This document shows, piece by piece, positions 24,623 to 37,384 of a stretch of DNA of 64,000 nt. Positions within the stretch are counted from its first letter, which is position 1. Every line of letters begins with the position of its first letter. The stretch comes from Lama glama. Taxonomy: Eukaryota. Under the pieces are notes generated by a model. It saw only the letters and a list, made by a program, of their open reading frames with translations, had not been told where the DNA came from and searched no databases. The stretch lies in assembly GCA_028534125.1 (NCBI GenBank), contig CM052816.1, positions 95,978,001-96,042,000 on the forward strand. The letters are read 5' to 3'. Both the position numbers and the translations under genes were made by a program.

Positions 24623-27153
24623 AGATCTTTGGTCAGGGAACGCCTACCACTAACAGGACGTCTGTACACAACTCAAGTGTGTCTGAATCCAAGTGAGTGG
24701 CTTGACAATTTCATGCAATATTTAATGCAGTAAGGTCACAACAGGAAGAAAATGAACCATCCTTTGAGGTTTGGCTTTAAGTTAATATGTGCTCTTCCTG
24801 AATTTTTAAATTCCTCAGTCGTTTATAAAGGCAAATGGGGAGAGAGCAGGGAAAGAAGGTCCATTGAGCATCCTGGAGGACATGATCCGCCAGCCCCGTC
24901 AGTCAAGATTGAAGCCCCTTCCAGAGCACATCCCCGCATGTGGGAAATGGGTCTCAGGGTGCCTACTCAGGCCCCCTTCAGTTCTTTCTTCCTTTGCCAG
25001 GGGTGGTCTGGGCTGGATGGGTCGTCTCACCTCCTGAGGGCTGACTGCCTGCATCTCTTCCCATTCCTGTATCCAGTGACCTCCTGCTGGTAGCTCGAAG
25101 TGGGCCCTGGTGGGAGCATTTACACCATGGAAATGGGCAGACACTGAGAATCAGGGCTCCCCAGAAATCTTGTTGCTCAGCATTGAGCCGCCTGCCTCAG
25201 CCGCCCCTTGTTCCCTTCCAGTGACCCACATCCACCTCACACATTATTGGGCACCCAGAAGGGTCTGTTTCCCCTCCCTCCTCCCTCCCACCCAGAATGC
25301 TGACCTCTAAGGATGTCCACTGTAGGCAGTGGATATCTTGATTTTTCTCTCTTCCTCAATCAGAATTTATTTGCCCTGAGTTCCATTCCTGTAAGCTGCT
25401 GCTCTGTACGAGGGGACTTCCAGTTCCCTTGGTGTCAGGCCCTGGGATTATGTTGAATTAATAGGCTATTTCTCTGTACCACGTTTCCATGTTTAAAAAC
25501 ATGATGAAGATCTTCTGGATCTGCTGAAGTCAGACAAAGCCATCACCTAAATGGAGGCGATGCCGGCCCTTCTGAGCCCTCAGGTCGCAGCAGTGCCTTC
25601 CCGTGTCCACCCCCGACCTTGGGCAGCACAGCTCAAAGTGCACTGAAGGACCAAAGGGAAGTACGTTTGGTTTGACCAAGATAATGTTTGGGGTCAGTGA
25701 AGTTTCATGAGGAGCAGAGACTCTTTATGTTCTGTTCACTGAACCATCGGTTCGATTTCAGGGAAACAGAAACGGTTTGGAGATATGATTTCCATGTTGT
25801 GCCTTCATCGGGGCTGTTATAGATATAGATGTGTCTGTGCATGAGAAATCTCTCTTTGTGGGGTTTGGAGGGCCACACTCTTTGGAGAAAAGGACGAGTC
25901 CGTGCTGAGGGCATCTCCACACTAGAATCTTCACAGTGGCCTTTCAGGGAGCAACTGGTCTCTCTGAGCATCTGGCCTTCCCTGTGCCTCCAAGCTGACA
26001 GCCACCTCTCCTTACTATTCAATCTGGCCTCTGAGCAAATGAGTGAGACCACAAAAATGGCAAAGGAGACGGGGAAAGGGAAAAGGAAGCGAAATATAGA
26101 TCAGAAATGGAAACAAGCAACTAAAAAAGAAAGCAAAAGAAGACATTTCTAAATCCCAACAATTCAGGCAGAAGTCTCCAGAATTTCCCTTGGTTTGTCC
26201 CAGTGAACAGAGAACTCTGTAGGTTTAGACAGTCTTTTTAGTGGCGATGCTCTTTTCCCCCAGCTTGGCTGTCACAGTATGAAGGCTCAGAGATGACTCC
26301 CGATTGACAGGATACACTGGGACCTGGGTGGAAGTACCTCCCCCTCCCCCCAGAACAGTCCACTTCAGGGACCCCCTGGTTCCCAAATTGAGAGCAAGGT
26401 ATAAACAGAACGGCCCCATGCGTATGACACAGACGTGTATTAATACCACGTTTTCCAGCCTCTTAGAGGTTAAGATGGGACTGTTCATCACAACTGTGCC
26501 CTTCCGCCTGTCGGCGCATCTAAATTTTACCTGGTGGATTCCTCCCTGTCCCTCCCTGATTGAGGATGGAGAGTCAGAGGGGAGTCGAGCAGCAAAGACT
26601 GCAGCCCTGGCTCCTGATTTACTCCCCTCTCCCGTGCCTCTCTGTTCCCTGTGAGGCGGTTAAGTTATGAGTCTGCTGCTCTCCGAGCCGTCTTTTCCCT
26701 CCTCTGCGGGCTGGAGGACCACTTGTACCTCCCATCTTCCAGCTTGAAAGGCAATAAGAGCAGATTTGCGGCGTACAATGTTCCTTATTAATTGAAGAAT
26801 ACACATGGCTTATTCATACTCACAAGAGCAAGGCTGCCACCCAAAACGAATCTAATTGGCTAAATAAATAACCCCGAGGTTTTATTGCCTGCAGCCTTTG
26901 CTTTATTGAATTATTAATGCTTTGTCCCCTTCAGATCAGCAGCAGCTAATGACTGATTTGCCCGAGGCAGTTAATAGTCTCCAATCAACTGTAAATCGCC
27001 CCGAGGACTTATTTTGCTAACTTACAGCTTATGTTACTGGCCCAGCTCTCAAAACAGTCCTGGATTCAGGAACAAAGTGAAAATTAGGCAAGTTTTCACA
27101 TTGCATTTTTTTAATAAACAAAAACATATTTAGTTGTTTTATTATAGTTTAAA

Positions 27154-27363
27154 CTGTGGTTCTTAACAGGGAGTGGTATCCTCCCCCCTCCTCAGGGCCA
27201 TTTGGCCATGTCCAGAGACAGCTTTAGTTGTCACAACCTGGTGCGTGTGTGCTCGAGGTGTCTAGGTGGAGGCCAGGGACGCTGCCAGTCACACAGGGCG
27301 GCCCCTCACAACAGGGAATTATCCAGCTCCAAGTGCCTGTAGAGCTGTCGTTGAGAAAGCTTG
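27154..27363 (+). mobile_element. MER20 hAT-Charlie DNA transposon, near full length
   Basis: 'gtggttcttaac...catttggccatgtccagagacagctttagttgtcacaac...gaggccagggacgctgc...cacaacagggaattatccagc...gttgagaaagcttg' is collinear with the MER20 consensus. Confidence 0.9.
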
Positions 27364-28264
27364 GAGTAAACGGATTGTAAAGGAGGCAAAAATGAGCATT
27401 TCTCACAGAGCTTCCTGGGCGGACATTTCTTTCATTCTGTATTTACGAGGTATTTCGTGAGCACCAGTTACACTCAGGAACCCCGCGGCAGTGGGGTTGT
27501 GGTACGAATGGGCGTGAACGTCATTTCCTAGAGCATTCTGCTGGCAGCTCTGTTGGTGGAGGTGGCGCTAGTGGGGGACCCGCCATCCCCAGCACCACTC
27601 CCAGCCTTGAAACAGAGAGACTGTAGTCATGATTCATGGTGGGGACAGAGAACAGTTGTGCCTCCTGTTCTGGATTCCTGTGTGCAGTGAGGGATAATGC
27701 CTCCCAAGGGCTTTTACAGCTTAATATGAAAGCCCTGTCTCCTATGGCCAATTATAACCACTGTCATTTTTGCACTTTATTCACATGAAGGCTCAGAGCA
27801 CTGTATGCTGCACTCCTACATGGTTGACGTTGTCACAGATGAAACGGAGGCTCTGAAATGGCGAGCCGTGTGTCCAGATCGCAGCTGACCAGCAGCCGAG
27901 TCCACGCGTCCTCCTTTCCCTCCTTGGGAAGAGAAATTCTGTTAATTGCCAAATGACAGCAGGAGTTTTAATTTGGCCTAATTCAAAGTTATGGTAAAGA
28001 ATAATGGAGACTGTATCAGCTGAAATGGGACACATGCAATTAAAAATTAAACAGGCATACTGTCCAGGAGCTTGGGTAAGGCTTTGGATGAGTGAGGCCG
28101 GTTCAGCGGGCAAGGCGGAGCGCAGGGGTTTCGGGGTGTGCGGGGACTGCAGTCCTGGCTCGTCCGGCCACCTGCCCACAGGGCTGTTCGTCTTCCAACA
28201 TCCCTCTCAAGTGCGTAGCATCTTGTTCGTCTTTATTAGTTAGAAAGGGAGTGTAAAAGGCAGA

Positions 28265-28890
28265 TAATAGTATGAAAAACTGCTCAGCCTCAATCATAAT
28301 TAAGAACATTTAAACTGTTAACTCTCACCTCTCAGCTTGGCAAAAATAAAAAAAAATGATAAAAAAAAGGAAATCCCCAATATGTGCAAGGGCTGATGTG
28401 AATATATAAACAGCCACTGGGCAGTTTAGGGAGTATCTGTCAACATTAACTGACCAGACAGTAACAGTCCAGGAACGTATCCTGGGTTCATGCCTACCTA
28501 ATTGTGCAGTGGTAGAAGATATTCATGAATTTCTCATTTTTTATGGTAGAAAAACCTAAATGTCCACAAGAAGGGACATTTATAAATGGTTGATAAAGTA
28601 TGGAGTAATACATGACCTTTAACAAGAATGGGGCACATCTATTTTCACAAACATGGAAGTATGTCTATGATGTATTGAGTGAATGAAGTAAGCTATAAAA
28701 CAACATGTGTAAGTCGTTTCGTGTATGCATTTTGGGTCATAAATACATAGAAAATGAAAGACTATATGCCAACCTGCTCTCACTGACTGCCTTTGTAAAA
28801 TGGACTGGGGGGTGGAAGGGAAGACTTTTTTCACTTTATATAAATCTATATTTTTAAAGATGACTACCATGTATTAGTTTAAAATGCAAA
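28265..28890 (+). mobile_element. Old LINE-1 3' end (L1ME-like)
   Basis: 'ctctcagcttggcaaaaataaa', 'aaacctaaatgtccacaagaaggg' and 'acatggaagtatgtctatgatgtattgagtgaa' appear in L1ME order. Confidence 0.65.
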
Positions 28891-28902
28891 AATTTTTGGC
28901 CC

Positions 28903-29000
28903 AAAACATATTTACTGAGCACTTATTAATTGTCAGGTGCTCTGCTTAACACTGAGAGCACAAATGTGAATTTTTTTCCTGCTCTAGAGTAGCTTCCAGT
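28903..29000 (-). mobile_element. LINE-2 3' tail
   Basis: 'aaacatatttactgagcacttattaattgtcaggtgctctgct...cctgctctagagtagcttccagtc'. Confidence 0.65.
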
Positions 29001-29299
29001 CAAACTTTAAAAAATAGTCATTGGCCAAATTAACCCCATTTTCTATTTTGGGGGTCCATAGTTACTTTGTTGCTGACGAAGACAATGATGTTAAAATAAA
29101 AATAAAGTCATTCTGTTCTGTGCAAGTAAATTATTATTTGCATATTTCTGAAATAGTTTTTGAATCAGGAAATACATGTTATTCTAAAAGCTGCATTTTT
29201 CATCAAAACCGATTCAGTGTGTGTCTCTCTGGAGAACACGCTGACGGAGAGCTGACTGTGGGATGCGCACTGGGCGTGGGTCGATGAGCAGGAAGCAGG

Positions 29300-29500
29300 T
29301 GGCTCTTCCTTTTTAACGTCTAGTTGAGGAAATGGAAAACAAACAAAGAAACCAAGAGTTGCTTATAACATAATGGGAGATAATGGGAGTGAGCATGCTG
29401 GACTTTGGCAGGGCCGTGCACAGGAGCCTCTCTGAGGAGAGGACGTTTCAGAGTAGACTGAGGAATGAGAAGGAATCAGCCTTACAAGCAGTGGGGAGCT
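29300..29500 (-). mobile_element. LINE-2 fragment, probably interrupted by the adjacent L1
   Basis: 'aggagcctctctgaggagaggacgtttcagagtagactgaggaatgagaaggaatcagcc' is antisense L2-like. Confidence 0.55.
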
Positions 29501-29537
29501 TTCCGTCTGTGAGACGTGGAGACAGGAGAAGATCTTG

Positions 29538-30080
29538 TAGGATCTGGCAATTCCTCTCTTGGACGTATAGCTGAAATCAACAAAAGCACTAATTCAAAAA
29601 CATGCATGGACCCCAGTGTTCATAGCAGCAGTAGTTACAGTTGCCAACACATGGAAACAACCTAGGTGCCGACCAACGGATGACTGGATAAAGAAGATGT
29701 GATACATACACACACACAGGAACACTATCAGCCATGAAAAAGAACGGAGTTTTGCCATTTGCAGCAACATGGATGGACTTGGAGGGCATTATACTAAGTG
29801 AAATAAGTCAGACAGAAAAGACAAATACTGTGTGATACCACTTGTATGTGGAATCTAAAAAATACAACAAACTAATGAATAAAACAAAAAAGAAGCAGAC
29901 TCCTGAATACAGAGAACAAAGCAGTGGTTACCAGCGGGGAGAGGGATGGGGGGAGGGGCAACACAGGGGTTGGGGGAAGAAAGGGTTATTATGGGATTAT
30001 ATGAAATCATAGGTATGAAACTTTTGAAAATTGTAAGCACTATAGAATTTGAAGAATCTTTCATTCAATTAAAAAAAAAA
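29538..30080 (+). mobile_element. 5'-truncated LINE-1: ORF2 C-terminus, 3' UTR and poly(A)
   Basis: 'gtgttcatagcagca', 'gatgactggataaagaagatgtg', 'gccatttgcagcaacatggatggacttggagggcattatactaagtgaaataagtcagacaga', a G-rich 3' UTR tract, and an A-tail at 30071-30080. Confidence 0.93.
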
Positions 30081-31830
30081 GGAATCCAATGGCCCAGGAG
30101 AGTTGGCCCAGGTGGACTGGTGTGGCCAGTGTGGAGCAGGACAGGTGGGTAGGGGCTGGATGGCAGGAGGCAGGTGGCCTGAAGGCTGCACTGCCTTTGT
30201 GCGGAGCGGACTGGCCATTTGTACCCACAGCACCATGCATGTGGGTGGGCATTCCTCTCCTAATGACTCGGGGAATGGATAAATCTTTAAAACATGTATA
30301 GACTCTTCCAGATGAGATATCAAAACGTCCTTCAAAAGCAAGTTAAGGTGCTTCTCAGGTGTGCTTTTTTGTTCCTCGGTCTTTTTCAAGCCAGGCTCCT
30401 ATTTCCTGGTGGGAAGGTCTGTCCTTGCCTTTGATTCGCATCTCTCACAGCTGGTGTTGCCATGTGTCTGGCTGCTCCCCCAGAATCTTTCTAGCTGGCA
30501 GATGTTTTGTTTTAACCCTGCCCTCAGGCTCAGCCCTGCTCCGCACGCCACGTTCAAACTTGGCCTCGGCCGGGGGTGTGAGAGCGGCCTTTCTTGAGAT
30601 GCTCTGACTCAGTGGAAAGTCATTTCTGCTCGCAGACCAATCTGATTGTCAGATCAGACTCAGCCCTAAGGGCCTGAACTGTTCACCTGGGAGAGGAGCT
30701 CTTTCTCTTAACATCCACAGCTTTCATTAGCACCTCCTTTATCACATTGTCCACCATTTTTCTAGTATTTCAACTTCTTGGCATGAATAGATGAATAAAT
30801 GTAGATATATGTATTCATTTTTTGAGGGCAGATGTCTCTGGCGTGTGACTTGCGTGCTCTGTAACAAGCAGTCACATGTGGTGTGGAATGGGTGTCGTGA
30901 CCACACTTCTCACCAGCATCTTTGGACTCCTTGATGTCACTGATAGTGTCTCTTTGATGACTCTGTCTTGTGATCACTGATTCCCAGCTCTCCTATTCCA
31001 GCTTCCAGCCTCTGGGCTCCTGCGCTGCTGATCTGACCCCCTGCCCCGAGCCCAGGAGACCATGTGGGTCCCCAGTCCTTGGCTGTGGATTCCCCAGGAC
31101 CGGTGTGCTGACGCTCATGTGTTTGTTCCGTGCCAGCTGGGGAGGCTGGGCTTTTTCCAAGGTCCTCGTGCCGACCCTCCCTGTGCCAGCATCCTTTGTT
31201 CTCTGTTCCCTGCATCCGTTCCCCGGGCTCCTCCTCCCCGCCTTCTTCTCCCCCTGATCTTCCCTCTTCCTCTCCTTTCTCCCTTTCTTTGCTTCTCTCT
31301 CCAGGTCATACACTGCACCCTAGATTTGGCCAGGATTTCGGGTCAGATGCTTAGGTCCTGCTTGCTGTTTTTCTTGGACTGGTGAACTTGGTCTCGGCTG
31401 CCCGACCCTTTAGCGTCTGTCCCTGGAGAGTCAGAACCCAGGCTCAGAGCACCCGGCTATTGTGCTGGTCTTTACTGGGCTTCTTGGTCAGTTAGTACTC
31501 GTCATTTTCACTACTGATTTCCATATTCAGCCAATAGGTTGTGTTAATTAAAGCTGTTAAAATTCACCATAAAATGGCTGCTTACAAATAGTTTAAGTAC
31601 TTTTTTTTCATTGTTATTTTAAATGATTTACGTGACTAGGTGATCCAGTAGTTCCTTCCTTGCTGATTTTTACCACTCTTGTTAATTGTGGAAATAGACA
31701 GGAAAAAAAGAAAACAGAAAAAAAAAAAACGTAAAATATAGAGCAAAGAAATAGCCAGCAGTAAGGAAACAGTTAAACAATAAGGTTGTATAAATGACAT
31801 GACTTACTATGCAGTTGTTAAAAATCCTGC

Positions 31831-31969
31831 TTTTTGAGTCACCTATAATGAAAAAGAATATGAAAAGGAATATATGTATATTCATGTATGACTGCAGCAT
31901 TGTGCTGTACACCAGAAACTGACGCAACATTGTAAACTGACTGTACTTCCATATAAAAAAAGGCAGAAA
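31831..31969 (+). mobile_element. Truncated young LINE-1 3' tail with TSD
   Basis: 'acctataatgaaaaagaatatgaaaaggaatatatgtat...tgtgctgtacaccagaaactgacgcaacattgtaaactgactgtactt'; flanks AAAAATCCTGC (31820-31830) and AACAATCCTGC (31970-31980). Confidence 0.88.
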
Positions 31970-32066
31970 AACAATCCTGCATTTAAAAGGTTTCACTTTA
32001 TATGCATGGAAATATATTTTGTGCACATCTTTTTAATAACTATAAATCCTGTATAAATTCATGCAT

Positions 32067-32088
32067 TATATATATATATATATATATA
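32067..32088. repeat. (TA)n microsatellite
   Basis: Uninterrupted run of about 11 TA units. Confidence 0.95.
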
Positions 32089-33814
32089 CACGCATGTATA
32101 TAATACATATATTTCTAAGGGGAAAAAAAAGACCAAAAAGAAAGGCAGAAAATGGTAATAGTGATTACCTCTTGGTGGTCAGATTGTGAAGGATTTTTTA
32201 AAATATTTTTATAAACGTTCTACAATGAATATATGCAGATTCCCTAATGAAGGAAGAAAGGGCTGTGGAAACCTTAAGAACACATCTAGAAGAGAACAAA
32301 CATTATCATTATGCAGTTTTTTGGGGCTGCTTCTCCTCATCGCCTCCCAGCCCTCTTGTCCCCCTCAGGATCTGCTGTTTTAGACAATTCTTTTGGCTTC
32401 TGCCCCTGACCGAGCTGAGGAGTATTTCTGTGCCCATAGAACAATACAGGAAATAATACAGTTCAGCGTCAACAGGGCTCACTCTGCTCTGTGAGCCCAG
32501 GGCAGGAACTTTCCATTTCATACCCTCTTCACACAGCACAGAACAGATTTCCGAAGTCATGTAATGCTATTAGGAGGTGCAATAAAAGAACTAAAATCAA
32601 AACCAGAGACTCTTCCCAAGCCCTATCTGATGTCTTTTCTATGCTCAAAAGTGTCAAGAGGCAGATAGAAGAAAAACCAAAGCAAAAACAAAACCAAACG
32701 TTGCCAAGCTTTTGGAGGAAAAGCAGAAGAAAAATTTCCCCGAGGACAGATGCCTTTAGAAAACACGACTGGCTGCATGTATTTTTGAGAGACTAAAGCA
32801 AGAGTTCATAGCTTTTTAAAAATAAAAATTGTAGCTCCCTGTTCTTAATAGTTTGCATTTAGATCTTGTACTGTAAAGAATATCCCACCATTTCAAGAAG
32901 AGTAGCAAGTTGTTACTTTTTCTACTTTTCTGTGTTCTCCCTTTAAGCAAAATTGGAAGTAAAAATGTACCACAGAACATTTAGTTCTGAGTAAATGAGT
33001 TTGCTTGTTAACTGTATCCTTCAGAGAAGTAGTTAATGAATCTTGTTAAAGCAAATACTTACAGACTTACTGGTTGATGAAATTGTTACTAGCAACCGTT
33101 ATTCAACATCTTGCCCATGACTTAGAAAACTGAGTTATGCTGCATGTTTGGGATGTTTTAACAAATCTCTCTTGCTTGTTCTAATCAAACCCAAGAACTG
33201 TTGCTTTGACAACAATCTTTTTGAATTTTCTGAAGTCATGGCTAGTTCTAAATCTGGCACTGAAGCATTTCCTGTCTCCCTGCTGGTTATGGATTGGTGG
33301 GAAGAGACCACACCATTCTCTCCCTAACTGACCCTGTCAGTGGTGCAGAAACCTCTGGGAGGTGGGGTGTGCACGCCTGGCCCCAGTAAATCTGTTGTGT
33401 TTCTGGGCATCTTCCCCAGCCTAGATCCCTCTCTGCAGGTGCCCAGCCAGGCAGTGGATCCAGAGGGCCTACGGGAACCGAGAAGTCAGCGCAGTTGGTT
33501 TTAGACCTGTTGCTCATTCATCCTCAAGGCACTTACATCCTCCTCCATGTAGACTTAAGGGTGTGATCTGTGGATGTGAGAAAATTGGGTTCCCCTGGTT
33601 CCTGACCTCCAGGGGAGCAGAATCCGTTTCCATCAGGTCCTGAACAAAGTTCTCACCTTGTACTTTCCATTGCCCTGCAAAAGCCTCTCTCCTCAGCCAC
33701 CTGCTCTAACTGAGAATGTCCTCACCACAGTTATTACTGATGTTCTGACTGAAAGCTGGGGTCCTTTTTCCAACTCTTCTGACCTAGTCTGACAAATTAC
33801 TTCTAATAAGGTCA

Positions 33815-34190
33815 GCATCAATTTGATGGGTCAGGTTACTGTAACAGAGGACCATTAAATCTCCATCCTTTAAAGAACAGATGTCTGTTTCTCATTCAGG
33901 CTTTGTGTGCATCTGGGCGTGGCAGAGGCTCTGCTGCCCCTGGTCCTCACTCTGGTGTGGGGACAGGAGGACCTCTGGGGCCGCAGTCACCTTGAGTGTT
34001 GCTGGTCATTGTGATGAGGAGGGAGAGAACATGGTGATATGGATCGCTGTCTCCTAAAGTCTTCTACCCTGAGGGACTCAGGTCCCTTCCACTTACAACA
34101 TCAGCCAGAGAGATTACCTGGCTAGTTGCCTACTTCAAAGATGTGCGGAGGTGGGATTCTACCAGGTGATTGGAGGAGCACACCAGGAAG
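33815..34190 (-). mobile_element. Old MaLR LTR (MLT1J/K/L-like)
   Basis: 'cccttccacttacaacatcagccagagagattacctggctagttgcctacttcaaag' resembles the conserved antisense MLT1 block. Confidence 0.55.
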
Positions 34191-34234
34191 ACAGGTGGAT
34201 AGCTTTCACGATTACCGTGATATCTGCCATTAGT

Positions 34235-34460
34235 TTATTTGTTTTTTATGCATCAGGCATTGTCACCCTCACCTTTGCACGTGTAGTGTTGTGTTCTTCA
34301 CTCCTCATGGCGGGCGGGAACCGTGATGACCCTTGTTTTGCACACAGGCTGATAGAGGACGAGTAAGTGCTCAAGGCTGCAGGGTGGTGTTGGGCAGAGT
34401 TGGTTGTGGAATCTAGTTTTGTCTGTTTCCCCAGAACCATAGCTCTTAGCCATTGCACAA
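34235..34460 (-). mobile_element. MIR SINE
   Basis: 'gtaagtgctcaaggctgcag...ggaatctagttttgtctgtttccccagaaccatagctcttagccattgcac'. Confidence 0.65.
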
Positions 34461-34480
34461 GATTGCTGCAGAATTCTTTT

Positions 34481-35188
34481 TGTTGGGGGTGAGAGATTCT
34501 TGTCTTGTTGTAGAAAGAATTCAGAAATAAGACATGGAGATCAAGAGAGCAAAGCAAGGATTTATTAACAGGTAGATAGTACATTCTCAAGGGAAGAGCG
34601 GGCAGACCCAGGTGGGTAGCTGCCCCGAGTTTCCTTGGCAAGCTTGTTGTGTGGGTGTAGAAGTGAATGGGCAGAACACTCATTGGCAGGGGGGGCTTTG
34701 GGGTCGTCTTTCCTGATCTTCATCCCAGCTCCACCTTCCCAGCTGGGGAGGAGGGATTTTTTTGTCCTTATTTAATCTTTCTTTTTATTTTTTTTAACAT
34801 TTTTTTTATTGAGTTATAGTCGTTTTACAATGTTGTGTCAAATTCCTGTCCTTATTTAGTCTTGCTCAGGAAGTTGGATGAGGTCACAATGAACAAAAAC
34901 GTACATTCGGATGGGGAGGTATCATCAGCAAAAGGTTACATTTGGACAGAGGTCATGATGATCAAAAGGTTACATTCGAGTGGTGGGGATTCCTGTCCCG
35001 TCCCGCCCTTCTGCGTCCAGGACACTTATCAACCCAGAGGGTATGGTTTTTTTTTTTATCAGTCTGGAGGATCCTGTTTTTCGTGATCTGTCCAAGGATC
35101 ACCGTTGTTCGCAAAGCGTATAGTTTTCTGCCATTGGGACTATGTCCCTCTTTCTCTACTTATGTCTAGCTACCTGCTTGCTCTAACA
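34481..35188 (-). mobile_element. Solo ERV LTR (ERV1-type) with a nested L1 tail
   Basis: TGTT...AACA termini, 4-bp TTTT flanks (34477-34480 and 35189-35192), and a minus-strand AATAAA (tttatt 34561-34566) about 80 nt from the 3' end. Confidence 0.8.
34780..34846 (-). mobile_element. 67-nt LINE-1 3' tail inserted in the LTR, 17-bp TSD
   Basis: Poly-T plus 'ttattgagttatagtcgttttacaatgttgtgtcaaattcc'; TSD TGTCCTTATTTAATCTT (34763-34779) and TGTCCTTATTTAGTCTT (34847-34863), 16/17 identical. Confidence 0.9.
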
Positions 35189-35419
35189 TTTTGAAGCAAA
35201 CACTTCAGGGAGCGGGAACTTGCCATTCCTGGAACTTTTCTAATTGTGCCTGCCTGAGTAATGCAGCCCAGGGAAACATGGTGACATCCTGAGGATGGAG
35301 TTTGCAGTGTGTGGAAACCAGAGTCCTTTCTCCTTGTGAGTCAGATACCTGTGCCATGTCTTCACTACCTCGCTGCAATAACAGAAATTCTCCCAACATG
35401 TCCCTCTTCTTAGGGGCCA

Positions 35420-35608
35420 TTTCTGGAGCATTTAGCATGTTTCAGACATTGGGACAACCCCTCTGCATGCACTGTCTCCTTAACATTTAATTATCTTCAT
35501 TCTGTAAATGCGGGGTGAGTGGCATGTCCAAAGTCACATATGTCATTAGTTTGAGAGGCAGGACTAACATCCACAGTTGCCTGACTCAAAGCTTGCCTTC
35601 AAAACCAT
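35420..35608 (-). mobile_element. MIR SINE
   Basis: 'gagtggcatgtccaaagtcacata...gcaggactaacatccacagttgcctgactcaaagc'. Confidence 0.6.
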
Positions 35609-35829
35609 TTGTGCCTTAGGGTGTAAGTACTACAAACACCCACGGCTCTTACAGAGTGCTCCTTTAGTACCAGCCTGATGGGGCTCATTGCAAGATGAAG
35701 TTTGCTTTGGACCTAGGATTGAAGAAGAGGAGGGCTGATAACTGATCAACAGGGCCTCTTACCCACCCTGCTCAGGGTCCCCAGTATGGTTAGGATTCCC
35801 ATTCTTACCTGTGTGGGAGGGAGCAGACA

Positions 35830-35920
35830 GCTGGGGACTGCCATCTTGGCTTCATCACATTATGATCAAGTCAGAGAATCTCTGTGAGCCTCATTTTTCT
35901 CAAGTGTAAAATGAGGTCAC
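35830..35920 (+). mobile_element. MIR core fragment
   Basis: 'caagtcagagaatctctgtgagcctcatttttctcaagtgtaaaatgagg'. Confidence 0.6.
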
Positions 35921-35964
35921 CTTCCTTGCAAGGGCCTTATTCATGGATTGTTCTCCACAGTTGC

Positions 35965-36002
35965 TTAATGAATGGTGGTGGCTTTAATGAATGGTGGTGG
36001 CT
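35965..36002. repeat. Perfect 19-bp tandem duplication
   Basis: TTAATGAATGGTGGTGGCT x2 (35965-35983 and 35984-36002). Confidence 0.95.
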
Positions 36003-36209
36003 TTTGAGGGGAATGGAGAAATGCTAGTTTTCTCCATTCACTGGAAGCCCTTACTAGCCATCCCAAATAAGCATTCTGTCTGCCTAAAATCTATATTTCC
36101 TTTAAACATGGCTTTATGCCAAGTGTTCTAGCCATAATTGCAACCTATCCCCACTCTTAAGCCCCACCAGTGGAGGAATTTTGGAGGGATCAGAAAAATT
36201 AACCTCTTA

Positions 36210-36770
36210 AACTAGGCGAAAGTGGAAATTGATACCACATGCTGGAGAATAGTGTGATGTATATATGAAAAACTTTAAATATGCGTGAATCCATTGACTC
36301 AGTATTTCATCTTCTATAAATTTGCTCTAAGGAAACAATCAGAAAGCTTGATGAGGAATGTTTATCTAGTGTCATGATAACAGTAATTGGAAGCCTCCAA
36401 ATTACCCAGTAGCTGGGGATTGGCTAAACACAAGGAGACCACCGCTTGATGAATTGTTATGTACCCATTTCATCTATATTTTTAAATGATATTTAGGGAT
36501 TTCGGTAAGACGAGGTAAAAATAACCCTAGCTTTACATAATAGAAATGTATTTAAATGCATAAAGATTTACATGTCCTCGAGGTTACTACCAGAGCTCTT
36601 TTATAATCCGCCAATAAGAGATCCCACACCAGTGTTACTGTCTTTTTACTTTTTGTATTGTCCAAAATTTCCCACAGTATAACTACATATTCAGAAAAAC
36701 AAAATTTACATAAAGGAAGATGGAAAAAAACCACCAAGGACTGTTTACTATTCATGCCTAAACTTTTCAG
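36210..36770 (+). mobile_element. Old LINE-1 3' end (L1ME-like)
   Basis: 'ccattgactcagtatttcatcttctataaatttgctctaaggaaacaatcaga', 'aattggaagcctccaaattacccagtagctggggattggctaaa'. Confidence 0.65.
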
Positions 36771-37059
36771 GTTGCCATGGAAAGCGGAACATAGGGGCCA
36801 CCACCAGGGAGGCGGTCTGGGGGATGCTGGTCCAACTCTGGGTGAGATTTGTCAAAACTGTACCGTCTACACCCCAATAGTGGAGGAGTCTGCCAGCGCC
36901 TCCAGCCAGACATTTCTAATTTGGCCAAATTACTGTCATTTACTGTTCTTAAAGCTTCAACAAAAAACCATGCCCACTTCTTTTATTTTAAATAAGATTG
37001 AATCACCAGTTTCCTTCTGAGTAAGGAGACACTCCTTAGCTGACCTCCCTACGTGCTGG

Positions 37060-37260
37060 GGAGCAGCGTGAGTCAGTGGAGCGGGGCACCTGCTGTCCCC
37101 TCCCAATCTGGACTTAGTCGTCCCCAAGATGTGACTAATGCCCGTCTTCCTGTCGCCCTGAGCAAAGCTTCTTACCTCTCTCTGCTCCCCGTAAAATGGG
37201 GGTCATGATGCTTATTTCCTTCCCGAGCTCGCTGGGGTGCTGTAAGGACTAGCTGGACTT
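37060..37260 (+). mobile_element. MIR SINE, diverged
   Basis: 'ccctgagcaaagcttcttacctctctctg...gtaaaatgggggtcatgatgcttatttcct...gtgctgtaagga'. Confidence 0.55.
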
Positions 37261-37384
37261 CGTTAGTCAGAGGACTTTGAAGTTTTAGTGGCCTGAACGG
37301 TGTGATGACTCATAAACCTGGACAACTTTCATCTGCAGTGCGCCCTTGTTTGTAGCATTTAGTAATTCTGCACAAGGAGCCAGC

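Larger units (their letters stand above)
31745..32250 (+). mobile_element. Old LINE-1 3' end (L1ME-like) hosting a younger L1 tail
   Basis: 'ttactatgcagttgttaaaaa' before the insert; 'aatagtgattacctcttgg...ttctacaatgaatatatg' after it. Confidence 0.55.
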
